A stretch of 64,000 nt of DNA, taken from NCBI RefSeq assembly GCF_037042905.1, contig NC_087245.1, positions 10,914,001 to 10,978,000 on the forward strand, read 5' to 3'. The translations under genes were made by a program, and so were the position numbers. The notes beneath the pieces are model-generated. The model saw only the letters and a program-made list of their open reading frames with translations, did no database searches and was not told the DNA's origin. This DNA is from Lytechinus pictus (lineage: Eukaryota). Shown one piece after another: positions 15,101-26,351 of the stretch. Position 1 is the first letter of the stretch. The number at the start of each line of letters is the position of its first letter.

Positions 15101-18100
15101 CTACACACCAAAAAATAATACTTCAATGGGTGATTTCATATGTCAATTCACCCAATGAGTAAAATTGCACCGTCTCTGAATTTGTTTTTTTTTTTGGTAT
15201 AAGGAATTTGACATGGCCCATGCACAAATATTTCTTTAGCGCAATCAGATGCATGGTTTTTCTGCTAGGAGATGCCCAATTTCAAGATTTGAGTCTCAGT
15301 ACAGTTTCAGATCATGTTGTTAATGTTGAATAAATGATTTTGATTTTTTTTCTAAATTGAAATATAACAAAAGATTTGTTCACTTACCAATGGGGATGGT
15401 CTTTCCTTCAATCTTATCTGTCCAGCCTGCATAGTACCTTTAAATGAAAAACATGAATTAAACTAGATCTTAACATGCTTCCATCCAGTTTAGGCAGGCA
15501 AAGGTACATTGATAGAAAATCCTGTGCAGCCTTAGTCTGTTAATATTGTACATTTTGTATGTACGAATGATAAAGAAATTATAATTATTTAACATGAAAT
15601 TATGTTGAATATTATTAACCAACAGAACAGTACTGTATATACCAGTACATTCATTCATGTGTTTCTAGCTTGTACATTAAAAAAGAAAATAAAAATGCCA
15701 AGAGGTGTGGATGAAATTGAAAATAACAATGAAATAACAATAACATTATGACTATGAGGACACACGTTGGCAACCTTGACTTATTTTACAATGCAATTAC
15801 ACACACAAAATTAGAACTAAACCTGAGAGCCCAAACCCCCCATGGATTCTGGATTTAACCACTGAAACTTAAAAATCAGTCACGGCACCCCCCCCCCCAA
15901 AAAAAAAAGGACATGGTAGCAAATAAAAAGAATTACCTAACTTGTCCACTTATCAGATATGAGTGAAATTTATCAACATGGGCAGAGAAGGGAGATTATC
16001 TTACACATGGGCAGATCCATCAAAATTGTAGGAGAGGGATGTGGAAGAATAGAAAATGGACAAAAAAAAACCTTAATAAAAAACATGCTATCATTCCATA
16101 ATCAGACTGGAGAGTTACTTGGCATATTTCAAGACTAAAAGTTTTATATCCAGAATCTTGGTAATTGGATTATAATGATGAAAATCTTTTCCTTTACATA
16201 CCTGTAGCATTTTATAGTAAGAGCTACATCTGCACCTAAGGCCACGTTGAAAGGCTTTCCATTATCTAGGGTCTCTAAGCTCTGTAATTGTGAAAGAAAC
16301 ATGCAAGGTTTTCATTTACTCCACTACTCAAGCAATGATTTATAGGTTTTTTGTATATAATATTTTGCATATTATACATTGGAATGACGTCTATAGCGCT
16401 TTACAAATATACTATTACCCTAATCATCAGAATTCTGGCATCCCCACACACAATGTATGCCCTTTCTCTACTCCCTGGGGAGCATTCAAACAAGAATTCC
16501 AAGACTCAATTGCTAGGCATACTACACAGGCTTTCACATCCTACCAGGTACCAATTTAACACCTGGGTGGAGAGTGGAAAAATGTGGATTGCCAAAGAAT
16601 GCTAGGCTGTGGAGGGATTCAAGAAAACAACCCTCTAATTACAAAGCAACTGCGTCATAACAATGCTTCCACATGCACATTATGTGCAATTTATTTTGAA
16701 TGAAGTACACGTACATGAATGTATTGCCTACATTTACATGTAGGCCTACCATATATTTACCTTGTCCTCCCTCTACATATAAAGTCTTATCAAGTTTCCT
16801 GAAATTTTCAGATACATGTATTTATTAGAGGATTGCTCATCATATTTACAAAAAACTACTGGATATTGCACTCTATTTCTACTTTGACTGGAATCACTGG
16901 ATGTATTGATGGAATTTCTAGTAATGAAGCATGTTGCATGGAATAATTTTCAAAAGATTTTATACTCACTGCAAGGTAGACCTGATCTCTTTCGATCAGA
17001 TCAGCTAGCTTATTGAGAAGGCGCCCCCTCTCAGAGGCATCCATAGTACGCCAAGGTGAGCCAAGACGGAAGGCCTCATTTGCCGCATTGTAGGCAATGT
17101 CAACATCTGCCTAATAAAATAAATGAAATGTCTAAAACTTGTTAGAGATTTGAACCAGGTATTTGCAAAACTGTGTGTATGTTTGTTAGAAAAAAAAACA
17201 TTTTCAAAAGAATGAAAGTTTCACTTCTGATTTAAAGTTCAGTGCCAATATCATTAACTTCCTTTTTGCACTTACTATTTACTAAGATAACAAAGAGCAA
17301 ACGGAAGTTCACTAATTATCACGCTATCTTGTTCAAGGGAGTTTAAAAAAAAAAGTCACATGCTAGTTATATAGTACATGTATAAAGTTGATGTCTATGT
17401 CATGAGATTTGATGTCATATCAAAACTACAAACTAAGCTCTTGAATAGGGCTGAAGATTCTGTAAAAGCATTATTCTCAATTGATCTGCACAACAACATT
17501 CTATACCATGTAAGACATTACCATTAAAGAGATCAATCTAATGAGTTGGAAGGGAAAGGTGTAGTAAGAGATGATTAGTTGAGGTGCTTTTTTATTTTTT
17601 TATTTCAAGGGTATGGGAAGGCCAGTTCTTAGGGCAGATGCCTACATATATGGACAATGTACTTTAATAATTTCCTCTTCCCTTGACCACAGTGACACTG
17701 GTGAAGATATTGCTTTACTGATATTAACAACTCACACACCCATTGTCTGCACACCTGTTTAACTTTATAAGCCATGTTTTGGTATTCTAGGCCAGGGTAT
17801 TTTGGGAGTTCATATGGCCGGGGGCCTCCCAGGCCCCCCCCCCCCCCTTGAGATCTCGGCCATCGGCCGCACCGAAAATTGGCATGCGGGATGTCTGGGA
17901 CATGATCTACAAAACTGTATAGTAATTTATTTCATATGAATTGCTGTTAAGTGATCACGCTAATTTATGCGTAATTAATATGAGAAATCATACTTTTTCC
18001 TCAAACGACCTAAATAAAGCTCCAAATGTTTTAATTTTTGGTATAGAAACTCTTTGTGGTGTTTGTAGCAAGGGTACATGAAAAAAAATTGTGATGTATT

Positions 18101-21100
18101 TCTTTGTTTTTTGACCTTTTTCTTTTCATTGTTTTTTCAATGAAATTTGTTGGGGACTCTTCTGAGATCATAAAAAGCATGACATTTAGACCTGCAAAAC
18201 TAAAAATAATCATACATATATGATTTTTGGTTGAAAACACAATTTGCATTGACTTTGTACACAAAATCATGTTTTTGAGCAATTTTTGGTCTGACATGCA
18301 CTTAGATAATGTTGCGTAATTTCAGAACCACGTACCCGGGTGACGCAAAATTGGTCTCAAAAGTTGCGCGAGACTTGAAAGTAACAAGTCAGCGAGCGGC
18401 GGTGAAAATATTGCGGCCTAGATAGGCTTAACTTGGCATATAATTCAATAAGAAATGAATTAATTGTATATTGCAAACACAATAAACACATTAGAACTAT
18501 AATGTATTAAACAGTACAAGTTGTTCATTCATGGCATAACAAAGCTTAAAGCTTTCAAAAAAATCTAGCTGAGTTAGCCCTTGATACTGTACATACAAGG
18601 AAAGCCTTATCTATAATTTAGTACTATCTGGATCATCTGTAATAACACAAGGAAAAAGATGCTTAGAAATTCCTTGTATGAAACAAAAAAATCAGGTAAA
18701 TATTACACATACCTTGTCTGCCTCTGCTACATCAGTAATAACATCCTCTGTAGCTGGGTTAATGGTTGGAAAAGTCTTCCCACTTTGAGCATCCACCCAT
18801 TCATTGTTGATGAACAACTAGACAATCAGAAAAGGAAAATTGTTATTTGTGAGCTGTTAGTTTCTTGACATTATGCTCTTAAATATAGGATTCGATGGTA
18901 GGAAACGAGCAAATAAAATCAAGAAAGGAGATCAGTTAAATACTACTTTCATAATTTGTATCTGCACCCATGGAACACAAGTAGGGGAGAGTGGGGGGAA
19001 ATTGAGGCCCTAGTGTGAATAAGGCTCCACTTAGTTTTTAGCTCAGTGCTCAGGTTTACCAGTGTCAAGGGGATTGCTGTTTGGGTACTAGTATCAGATC
19101 TTGAGCTGATGCTGATGGCCAGGAGGAACACAAACCTAGCAGCACCTCAAAATCAAAATTTTGAAAGTGGCAACTGGCATTGCCAGTTAATTGAGAGGCA
19201 GGTACTGTACCTACCCAGTAATGTGTATTTATCTTTAAAGTTTACTTTTGTAAGGCATTATGTACACTCCGGTACTGTAGTAAAATTCACCACTTTCCCT
19301 CTTTTTTTCTGACTGGAAGCTTATGAACTTAACTTGCCCGATGGAGTAAATGAGCCCCCCCCCCCCCCCCCCATTAAAACATAATTAACACTGTATGGAG
19401 CCCTGTTGAAACAGTATGCAGTGGACACATCTCTAAAAGTGTCAATTTCCAAAAGAACATGTAGAAACATAATAATACGAAAACACAATCCCACAATATA
19501 TTTTTTTTTCATACTAATGGATTTTAATTAGCAACATAAAAAGTTTTGCATAATTTGCAATAAAAAAACAGAGAAAGAAAATTCTATTTGGAGACATAAT
19601 TTCAGACCTGAAATTTACTTAATCAAAATATTTCATTCAAAATAAATAACCAATATTAAAAGAGTAATATTTACTCTTTCCTATGGAGCAATAATATTCA
19701 AATTAACTTGAAGTGTTAAATTCTTTGGAAAATTAAGTCTCACAAATCATGTGATTTTCTTGCATGGAGATGAATTCAGCCACAAGAGGATTTGGATAAA
19801 TCTTGCTTATTTGCTCATTTGCATAGGGACCTGCAGTCTGACTGCTGTAAATTGGAATCTATCTTCATCAATATTTCAAACCATGAGTTGATTTAAAGGT
19901 CAAGTCCACCCCACAAAAATGTTGATTTGAATAATGCTGAAAGTTTCGTCAAAATCGGATATGAAATAAGAAAGTTATGACATTTTAAAGTTTTGCTTAT
20001 TTTTCACAAAACAGTGATATGCACAACTCAAATGAGACAGTCGATGTCCCTCTCACTATTATGTATTTTATTGTTTGAATTATACAATATTTCATTTTTT
20101 TATAGATTTGACAATAAGGACCAACTTGACTGAATCATATATTAAACAATGCTCATTCCACATGGTCAGGGAGGAATCAATCGTCGTTTCACTTGACAAT
20201 GAGGAGAAAAATAGGATATTCCCTATTTCATATAATAAAATACAAAAGGAATAGTGAGTGGATGACATCATCAGTCTCCTCATTTGCATACCAACCAGGA
20301 TGTGCATATAACTGTTTTGTGAAATTAAGCGAAACTTTAAAATGCCATAACTTTCTTATTTTACAATTACATGTACATCCGATTTTGGTCAAATTTTCAG
20401 TGTTATGCTTGTTAGATTTTTCTCTTTTTATTCAAATCAACTTTTTGTTGGGGTGGACTTGTCCTTTAAAGGAGAATGAAACCCTTGGAGCAAGTTAGCT
20501 TTTGTGAAAGCAGAAAAATCAAAGAATAAGATCAACAAAACTTTGAGTAAAATAGGACTAGCAATAAAAGAGTTATGAGCATTTGAATGTCGAGATCACT
20601 AATGCTATGGAGATCCTCCCATCGGCAATGCGACCAAGATCTGTGATGTCACACACGTACAACTCTCCCATTTGGACACTGAAAATATACCCCAAAACAT
20701 ATCTTTTTGCTCATTCTAATCATATGACAAACGATTCATCAATGATATAATGTTGTGAAACCTCTGTACTTGTCATCTCATAAAGAGAACACCTCACCTT
20801 GTGATAGACTCTATAAAAGTGAGAATATACGTGAAATAAGTACTAAAGTAATGAGGCAGTTGTACGTGTGTGATATCACAGATCTTGGTCGCATTGCCGA
20901 TGGGAGGATCTACATGGCACTAGTGATCTCAATATTCAAATGCTCATAACTTTCTTATTATTCATTCAATCTTCCTCAAACTTTCAACAATATGTTTCTT
21001 TGATTTTTCTCTTTGATATGGATTCAGCTGGTTTCAAGGGTTTCATTCTCCTTTAAGCACCATGATTTTTCTTAATTTCACAAGCTCTCCAAGTCCAAAC

Positions 21101-22253
21101 AATGTTATCAAATTTGTTGGGATTCCTTTAACTTTTAAGATTTAGAGTCTAAAAGAATAAACCAAGGTGGGTGCATACATATTTGCATTAACACACACAC
21201 ACACACAAATAAATTTAGAGGGTGTTCTGGGGTAGCTGGCTGGCTGGCTAGCTTCGGCTTTCTGGCAGAGCTCATCTGGGTTATTCCTAATGAACACAAG
21301 CATCAGTTTGAAGGTTGCATAAAACTTTTGAGGAGTGTGTTACTGTTGTATGCCATTGCCTACTATTTACTAGGGCCTAGCCCTAGGCATGGCAGTGGTA
21401 TGGTATTGGTAGGGGGTCCTAAAGCTGCACGGGTCCTAAAGCTACGGACCACTCATCGCGCATGCAGTTTTTATGGCAAATGCGCACTCTGTGTGTGGAA
21501 CTGTGACTGCAGAGTGACGAACGATTCCTATTCAATTTTTTCAACAGAGGCTGCAGTAAATCTCTAAAATACTAAATGCAGAGAAAACCAACAACTGTTT
21601 GGAATTTTGTAGTTATATTCGCTTTAATTTCATTTCATCCTATAATAATTTGAATATATTTTAGAAATTGAGGCACAGGAAATACTATTTTTTGCATGAT
21701 AAATCGAGTGCGTAGCTTTAGGACCCCTTCTAGTACATCGGGCGGCGAAATCAAGAGGTGTTCGGGCTGCCGCAGTAAGGCCAGGCCCTGGATCCGCCCG
21801 TCTCATTCTCATTCTGAGAGTCAGACTCGGTTTCACTTTTCAGCTATCATTTGAAAATCAGACAAACACAACACTAGGCCTAAGGCTAAGCCTAAGTTAG
21901 ACGTAAAGTTAGAGAGAGTCTAACTTAGACCGAGTAAAATAAAAAATTTGATCAAAATCGATACATTTTCAATTTTTTTTCAGTGCTGTGTTTGTCTGAT
22001 TTTTCTTTATCCAAATATCTGTTTAAATCATAATTCATATCACTTTCATTCTGGAATATAGATCTACCGGTACCGGTACCCCTTTAATCGAAATTTAAAA
22101 TGTTGAACCGGGGATGAACCCTCTGTTTACCTTATTGAAGTGGATGTCGGGCGTCACGATAGGCTGTGGAGCAGCAGCAGTACTAGCGCTTCTCCAGATC
22201 CTCGCCAGCGCAGCGGCACGACTTGGCCTCAGCATTCTCTTCACAGCAAACAT
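1..22253 (-). CDS. ALDH2: Mitochondrial aldehyde dehydrogenase (ALDH2-like), spliced, 3' end outside the window
   Basis: Exons 22253-22131, 18817-18713, 17110-16970, 16281-16202, 15437-15388, 6664-6603, 5187-5059, 4303-4190, 2479-2380, 1281-1097, 140-<1; all GT-AG and phase-compatible. Translation has an Arg-rich presequence ([22 protein letters not shown]), [23 protein letters not shown] (catalytic Glu) and [12 protein letters not shown] (catalytic Cys in the ALDH2-type CCC). Confidence 0.95.
884..956 (-). pseudogene. tRNA-like element (degenerate tRNA or SINE head)
   Basis: GAACCAG..CTGGTTC terminal pairing, A-box-like TAGCCTGGTGG, stem-loop GCTGC-CTGGAAA-GCAGT, B-box GGTTCGAATCC, T6 run just downstream; T-stem mismatched. 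Confidence 0.5.
1097..1281 (-). CDS. ALDH2: ALDH2 coding exon 10 (catalytic Cys)
   Basis: 185 nt, [61 protein letters not shown]. Confidence 0.96.
1903..2318. mobile_element. MITE with about 35-bp imperfect TIRs
   Basis: GACCCCGTTCTCATTACCGTCCTAAAA versus TTTTAGGATTGTAATGAGAATGGTGTC; internal AAAC(T/C)(A/G)GTTT palindromes. Confidence 0.75.
2380..2479 (-). CDS. ALDH2: ALDH2 coding exon 9
   Basis: 100 nt, [33 protein letters not shown]. Confidence 0.96.
2846..3439. mobile_element. TTAA-flanked foldback MITE, Kolobok-like family A
   Basis: TTAA at 2842 and 3440; ends A(T)GTCAAGTTTACCC / GGGTGGACTTGTCCT; homologous to 19897-20465. Confidence 0.8.
4190..4303 (-). CDS. ALDH2: ALDH2 coding exon 8
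   Basis: 114 nt, [38 protein letters not shown]. Confidence 0.96.
5059..5187 (-). CDS. ALDH2: ALDH2 coding exon 7
   Basis: 129 nt, [43 protein letters not shown]. Confidence 0.96.
6603..6664 (-). CDS. ALDH2: ALDH2 coding exon 6
   Basis: 62 nt, (D)[20 protein letters not shown]. Confidence 0.95.
11697..11917 (+). repeat. Tandem duplication, two copies of about 109 bp
   Basis: ATCCCCATTTGCA..GAGATAAGAGTTGGAAAATAA..AAAAACTA at 11697 and 11806. Confidence 0.9.
12015..13161. mobile_element. Palindromic (foldback) MITE interrupted by the family C element
   Basis: Arms of about 250 bp: GGCGCTAATACAGTTTTGCACCGGCTGATTTCGAGCAAATTTCCCCACCAG versus its reverse complement ending at 13161. Confidence 0.8.
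12250..12845. mobile_element. Kolobok-like MITE family C, with TGAA target duplication
   Basis: TGAA-AGGGGAATCCAGCC ... GGTTGGATTCCCCT-TGAA; reverse-complement homologue of 62851-63444. Confidence 0.85.
13975..14480 (-). mobile_element. Dispersed repeat with TAGACCAAAAGC hairpin terminus (partial)
   Basis: Reverse-complement homologue of about 51700-52268; terminal module shared with 50111-50197. Confidence 0.85.
15388..15437 (-). CDS. ALDH2: ALDH2 coding exon 5
   Basis: 50 nt, [16 protein letters not shown], phase-1 donor GTAAGT. Confidence 0.93.
16202..16281 (-). CDS. ALDH2: ALDH2 coding exon 4
   Basis: 80 nt, [26 protein letters not shown](R). Confidence 0.95.
16365..16672 (-). mobile_element. 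Degenerate tRNA-derived SINE
   Basis: Core CCACTCTCCACCCAGGTGTTAAATTGGTACCTGGTAGG shared with the SINE at 62137-62407. Confidence 0.65.
16970..17110 (-). CDS. ALDH2: ALDH2 coding exon 3
   Basis: 141 nt, [47 protein letters not shown]. Confidence 0.95.
17781..18430. mobile_element. Non-autonomous DNA transposon remnant with a TTAA at its right end
   Basis: TATTCTAGGCC versus GGCCTAGATAGGC-TTAA; GC-rich termini. Confidence 0.45.
18713..18817 (-). CDS. ALDH2: ALDH2 coding exon 2
   Basis: 105 nt, [35 protein letters not shown]. Confidence 0.95.
19897..20465. mobile_element. TTAA-flanked foldback MITE, Kolobok-like family A
   Basis: TTAA-AGGTCAAGTCCACCCC ... GGGGTGGACTTGTCCT-TTAA. Confidence 0.85.
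20470..21052. mobile_element. TTAA-flanked foldback MITE, Kolobok-like family B
   Basis: TTAA-AGGAGAATGAAACCCTTG ... CAAGGGTTTCATTCTCCT-TTAA; long internal inverted arms. Confidence 0.85.
21411..21729. mobile_element. MITE in ALDH2 intron 1
   Basis: GGGGTCCTAAAGCTGCAC versus GTGCGTAGCTTTAGGACCCC. Confidence 0.7.
22131..22253 (-). CDS. ALDH2: ALDH2 coding exon 1 (mitochondrial presequence)
   Basis: 123 nt, [41 protein letters not shown], donor GTAAAC. Confidence 0.88.
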
Positions 22254-22420
22254 TTTGCAGCTGGGCAATTATTGTGGAACCGTGAACAGCGCTCGCTCAA
22301 CGTCCGACTCGGTTGCTGTCAAAATCAATTTTGATTATACTTGTGCGCGCGAGCGCAGAATTCGCACCGTACGGTATGTACGAGCGCACGCGCGCGCGCC
22401 GATGGGCTCACAGGCCTAAT
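22254..22420 (-). promoter_or_regulatory. CpG-rich 5' UTR/promoter region of ALDH2
   Basis: Local GC/CpG island with GCGCGC runs immediately upstream of the ATG in an otherwise AT-rich background. Confidence 0.5.
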
Positions 22421-23473
22421 TCATTTCCCATAAAAGAATTCATAAAAAATAAGGAGGAAATTCGAGGGTTGAATGTTTACTACCAGTGGATAGGATAAAT
22501 GTCTGACATTAATTCCATATCTGACCAGAAAAAGGGTACCTCGACCGGCTCATTTTAAAAATAAATCCATATTTATGAAGACTACACCTGCCGGGACCAA
22601 ATTCATCACTTGAGAGAGTAAAATGACCCTAATTCTTCCGCCAGTAAAAATATAGTTCCATAATGGTGATATATCTTTCCAATTTGGAAAAAGTAAGTTC
22701 AGTAGGTACCCTCCCTAGAATCAGTGTTAGATTGTCAGTCATATATTCATTCATTTTTGTCAATCAGCAATATCAAATTTAAAAATTGAGCAATGGGTTG
22801 GCTCGAATGAATATCTATGCCCTGCCAGTTGTGATTAGGCCCGTGCGACCTGTAATATGAAGAGTTTCGTTGCAAAATGGGTATCATGGTTAGATCAACA
22901 GATATTCTCTATGACTTTGAACCATTCCAAGAAAAACAAGTTTTTTATTCTCCCATAATGCAATATTCTTATGAGGAACGAAATCGCCATGATGTAGCTA
23001 CCCTGCCGTGTGAACATAAAAATGGGTATAAGAGGAATCTACCTGTCTTCCATTCTTTTAAATATTATTTTTCAAAAACCCCTTTTGCAAGCAAACTGAA
23101 ATGGATCCCATCCCTTTTGAATAAAAAGTGATTTTTCTTTGCCACTTTTATTCACGTTTTAATGGGAATTTCAAATTTTCTTTGGTATCATCAGAGCAAA
23201 TAAAAATCTTTAGGTTTTGAGACAAAAAACAATAAATTTTATGAACAAGTGGAACGCCTCTGACAGTCTCGCCTGCATTACACAATGCGATATAGCAGCC
23301 AGTGTTGTAGTGCCTTGATGCCCGGCCTTGGCCTTAAGGCCTATTTTTTCAAAGCCTTGGCCTTGAACATTCAAGCCTTGGCCTTGAGAGGGCCTTGGCC
23401 TTGAGGATTTTGAGCCTTGAAATTTCAAGGCATTTTGTATTTTGTACTTTCATTTCATTTCATATAAGAAATT

Positions 23474-23897
23474 ATAATGGTTAGTTTCGGTCATATTCGC
23501 TCATTTGGTTTACGTAGTAGACGATGCTAGCCTGCTAGTATGTAGTATACTTACGCAGACCCTATTGCAAATCAAAATCAATTCCGGACTCGATATTTGC
23601 TTCCTCAAACTGTAGCTATATTAAAAATATCAGTAGGCAAAATTTTATAGTACAAGAACATTGTTACTTTCAACATTAAATGCGTTCATAATGGTTAGTT
23701 TCGGTCATTATCGCTCATTTGGTTTACATAGCAGACGATGCTAGCCTGCTAGTATATAGTATACTTACGCAGACCCTATTGCAAATCAAAATCAATTCCG
23801 TACTCGATATTTGCTTCCTCAAACTGTAGCTATATTATAAATATTAGTAGGCAAAGTTTTATAGTAGAAGAACATTTTTACTTTCAACATTAGATGC
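23474..23897 (+). repeat. Tandem duplication, two copies of about 214 bp
   Basis: ATAATGGTTAGTTTCGGTCAT starts at 23474 and 23688. Confidence 0.92.
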
Positions 23898-25302
23898 TTT
23901 AATTCAGTTTCTTTGGACTGCATTAATTGTTTCAAATGAAAAGGGTCTAGAAATGGAAACTATCATGCGTTAGTCACGTGATGTTGTACACAGAAATATG
24001 CCATGTTCTGCCTGCTCGATCTCAAAGTTTGGGGAAAAAATGAGATGTAACCATTATACCATTCATAAAGTATTATACATCAAACTGTAGGTAATCTATT
24101 TAGCATTGAGATGACAATCAATCTCGACCTTTTGACCCTTAGGGATATTCCAATGGGAAAACAAAGGTGCCAGTGTCTCGAAAATACAGGTGGTTTTAAA
24201 CCGTTTGCCATAGCAAGAGTTGTGAACATGGGCACTTTCAAATGAACAGCGAGACGTAAATAATGAATTAATTGTAATAATATTTACATCAAATTAATGG
24301 AATTGGACAAATTTTTCACACTATTATCAATCTGGTGTGAGATTATCAATAGTTATAAAGATATACCCGGATTTCTGCAATATTACATTCATGAAAACCA
24401 CTGTTCACTGTGTTGAAGCTGTGTGTGGGGACTTTCGGACACTCAAATGCACGCGACTAACCATTATGACGGTTCTGTATAGTACTAATGGTCAAAACTA
24501 CCAGTCACCAGTAACAGTAGCAGCAGCAGTAAGTGTACTAGCAGTGTCATCAATTGTAATTATTAAGAATTATCATCACATAACAAAGAAAACAGCAGTG
24601 ATGAAAAATAACTCTATTAATTGGTAGTGTGTTGTAATCATGACTAATGATGTGATGACAATATTAATAATAATGATAATAATGACAGTAATAATGATTA
24701 TGATCAAGATTATAGTGCTTTGATGAAAGGAATAATTCTGACAGATCTGACTGCAATTTTGACAACAACTTTCATACTTTAAACATAGCTAACTCTAAAG
24801 AACGATTTATAACAAGGTTGATTTCTATTCCATTAGGATTTTTCTTGTATTATTTTCTTTAGCCAACAAGAATGCTTTAAGTCTTAATGATATTCTGAAA
24901 AGATTTGGAAAACTTGAACACAATCTTCAATTTTGTTATATCCAAATGGGCTATGTCAATGGCATGATGAGCCAAAAAATTTGAGGGGCCAAGCATATGG
25001 CATATAAAACAAAATTTCTGCCAAAAAAGTTGAAAGCGATTGAAGCGAGCGAGCGGACAAAATTTGTCACCCTCTTGCTATGAGAAAAGCTAATTTGTTG
25101 AATGATTGTGACAATATATTTAGAAAATTATATCAAATTTACTCCACCTTTTCCTTTCCTTTATCCCCCTATTCTAAGTCTAGTCTTGGTGGTGGAACTT
25201 CTTCTTCTCTCTCTCTCTTTTTTTTTTTTTGGGGGGGGGTTGATATATTTTTAAACAGACGAGAAAGAGGAATGGGAAGAGAGAGAGAGAGAGGAGAAGG
25301 GA

Positions 25303-26351
25303 GAGAAACATGTAAGGGCGTAAGAAAGATGGGGGTGGCTGGTTAGGCAGAACATACTGCAGAATTAGTTAATAATGATAGGCAGTACATCTTTTCTAAA
25401 TTGTAAGGAGAAACATGTAAGGGCGTAAGAAAGATGGGGTGGCTGGTTAGGCAGAACATAACTGCAGAATTAGTTAATAATGATAGGCAGTACATCTTTT
25501 CTAAATTGTAAGGAGAAACATGTGAGGGCGTAAGAAAGATGGGGGTAGCTGGTTAGGCAGAACATACTGCAGAATTAGTTAATAATGATAGGCAGTACAT
25601 CTTTTCTAAATTGTAAGGAGAAACATGTAAGGGCGTAAGAAAGATGGGGGTGGCTGGTTAGGCAGAACATACTGAAGAATTAGTTAATAATGATAGGCAG
25701 TACATCTTTTCTAAATTGTAAGGAGAAACATGTGAGGGCGTAAGAAAGATGGGGGTGGCTGGTTAGGCAGAACATAACTGCAGAATTAGTTAATAATGAT
25801 AGGCAGTACATCTTTTCTAAATTGTAAGGAGAAACATGTGAGGGCGTAAGAAAGATGGGGGTGGCTGGTTAGGCAGAACATACTGCAGAATTAGTTAATA
25901 ATGATAGGCAGTACATCTTTTCTAAATTGTAAGGAGAAACATGTAAGGGCGTAAGAAAGATGGGGGTGGCTGGTTAGGCAGAACATACTGCAGAATTAGT
26001 TAATAATGATAGGCAGTACATCTTTTCTAAATTGTAAGGAGAAACATGTAAGGGCGTAAGAAAGATGGGGGTGGCTGGTTAGGCAGAACATACTGCAGAA
26101 TTAGTTAATAATGATAGGCAGTACATCTTTTCTAAATTGTAAGGAGAAACATGTAAGGGCGTAAGAAAGATGGGGGTGGCTGGTTAGGCAGAACATGCTG
26201 CAGAATTAGTTAATAATGATAGGCAGTACATCTTTTCTAAATTGTAAGGAGAAACATGTAAGGGCGTAAGAAAGATGGGGGTGGCTGGTTAGGCAGAACA
26301 TACTGCAGAATTAGTTAATAATGATAGGCAGTACATCTTTTCTAAATTGTA
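25303..26351 (+). repeat. Tandem array, 10 copies of about 105 bp, nearly identical
   Basis: Unit GAGAAACATGTAAGGGCGTAAGAAAGATGGGGGTGGCTGG...CTAAATTGTAAG; only single-base variants between copies. Confidence 0.97.

Noticed and set aside
25303..26351. CRISPR-like regular array
   Set aside because: Units are repeated end to end with no unique spacers, there are no cas genes, and the context is eukaryotic; it is a tandem repeat.
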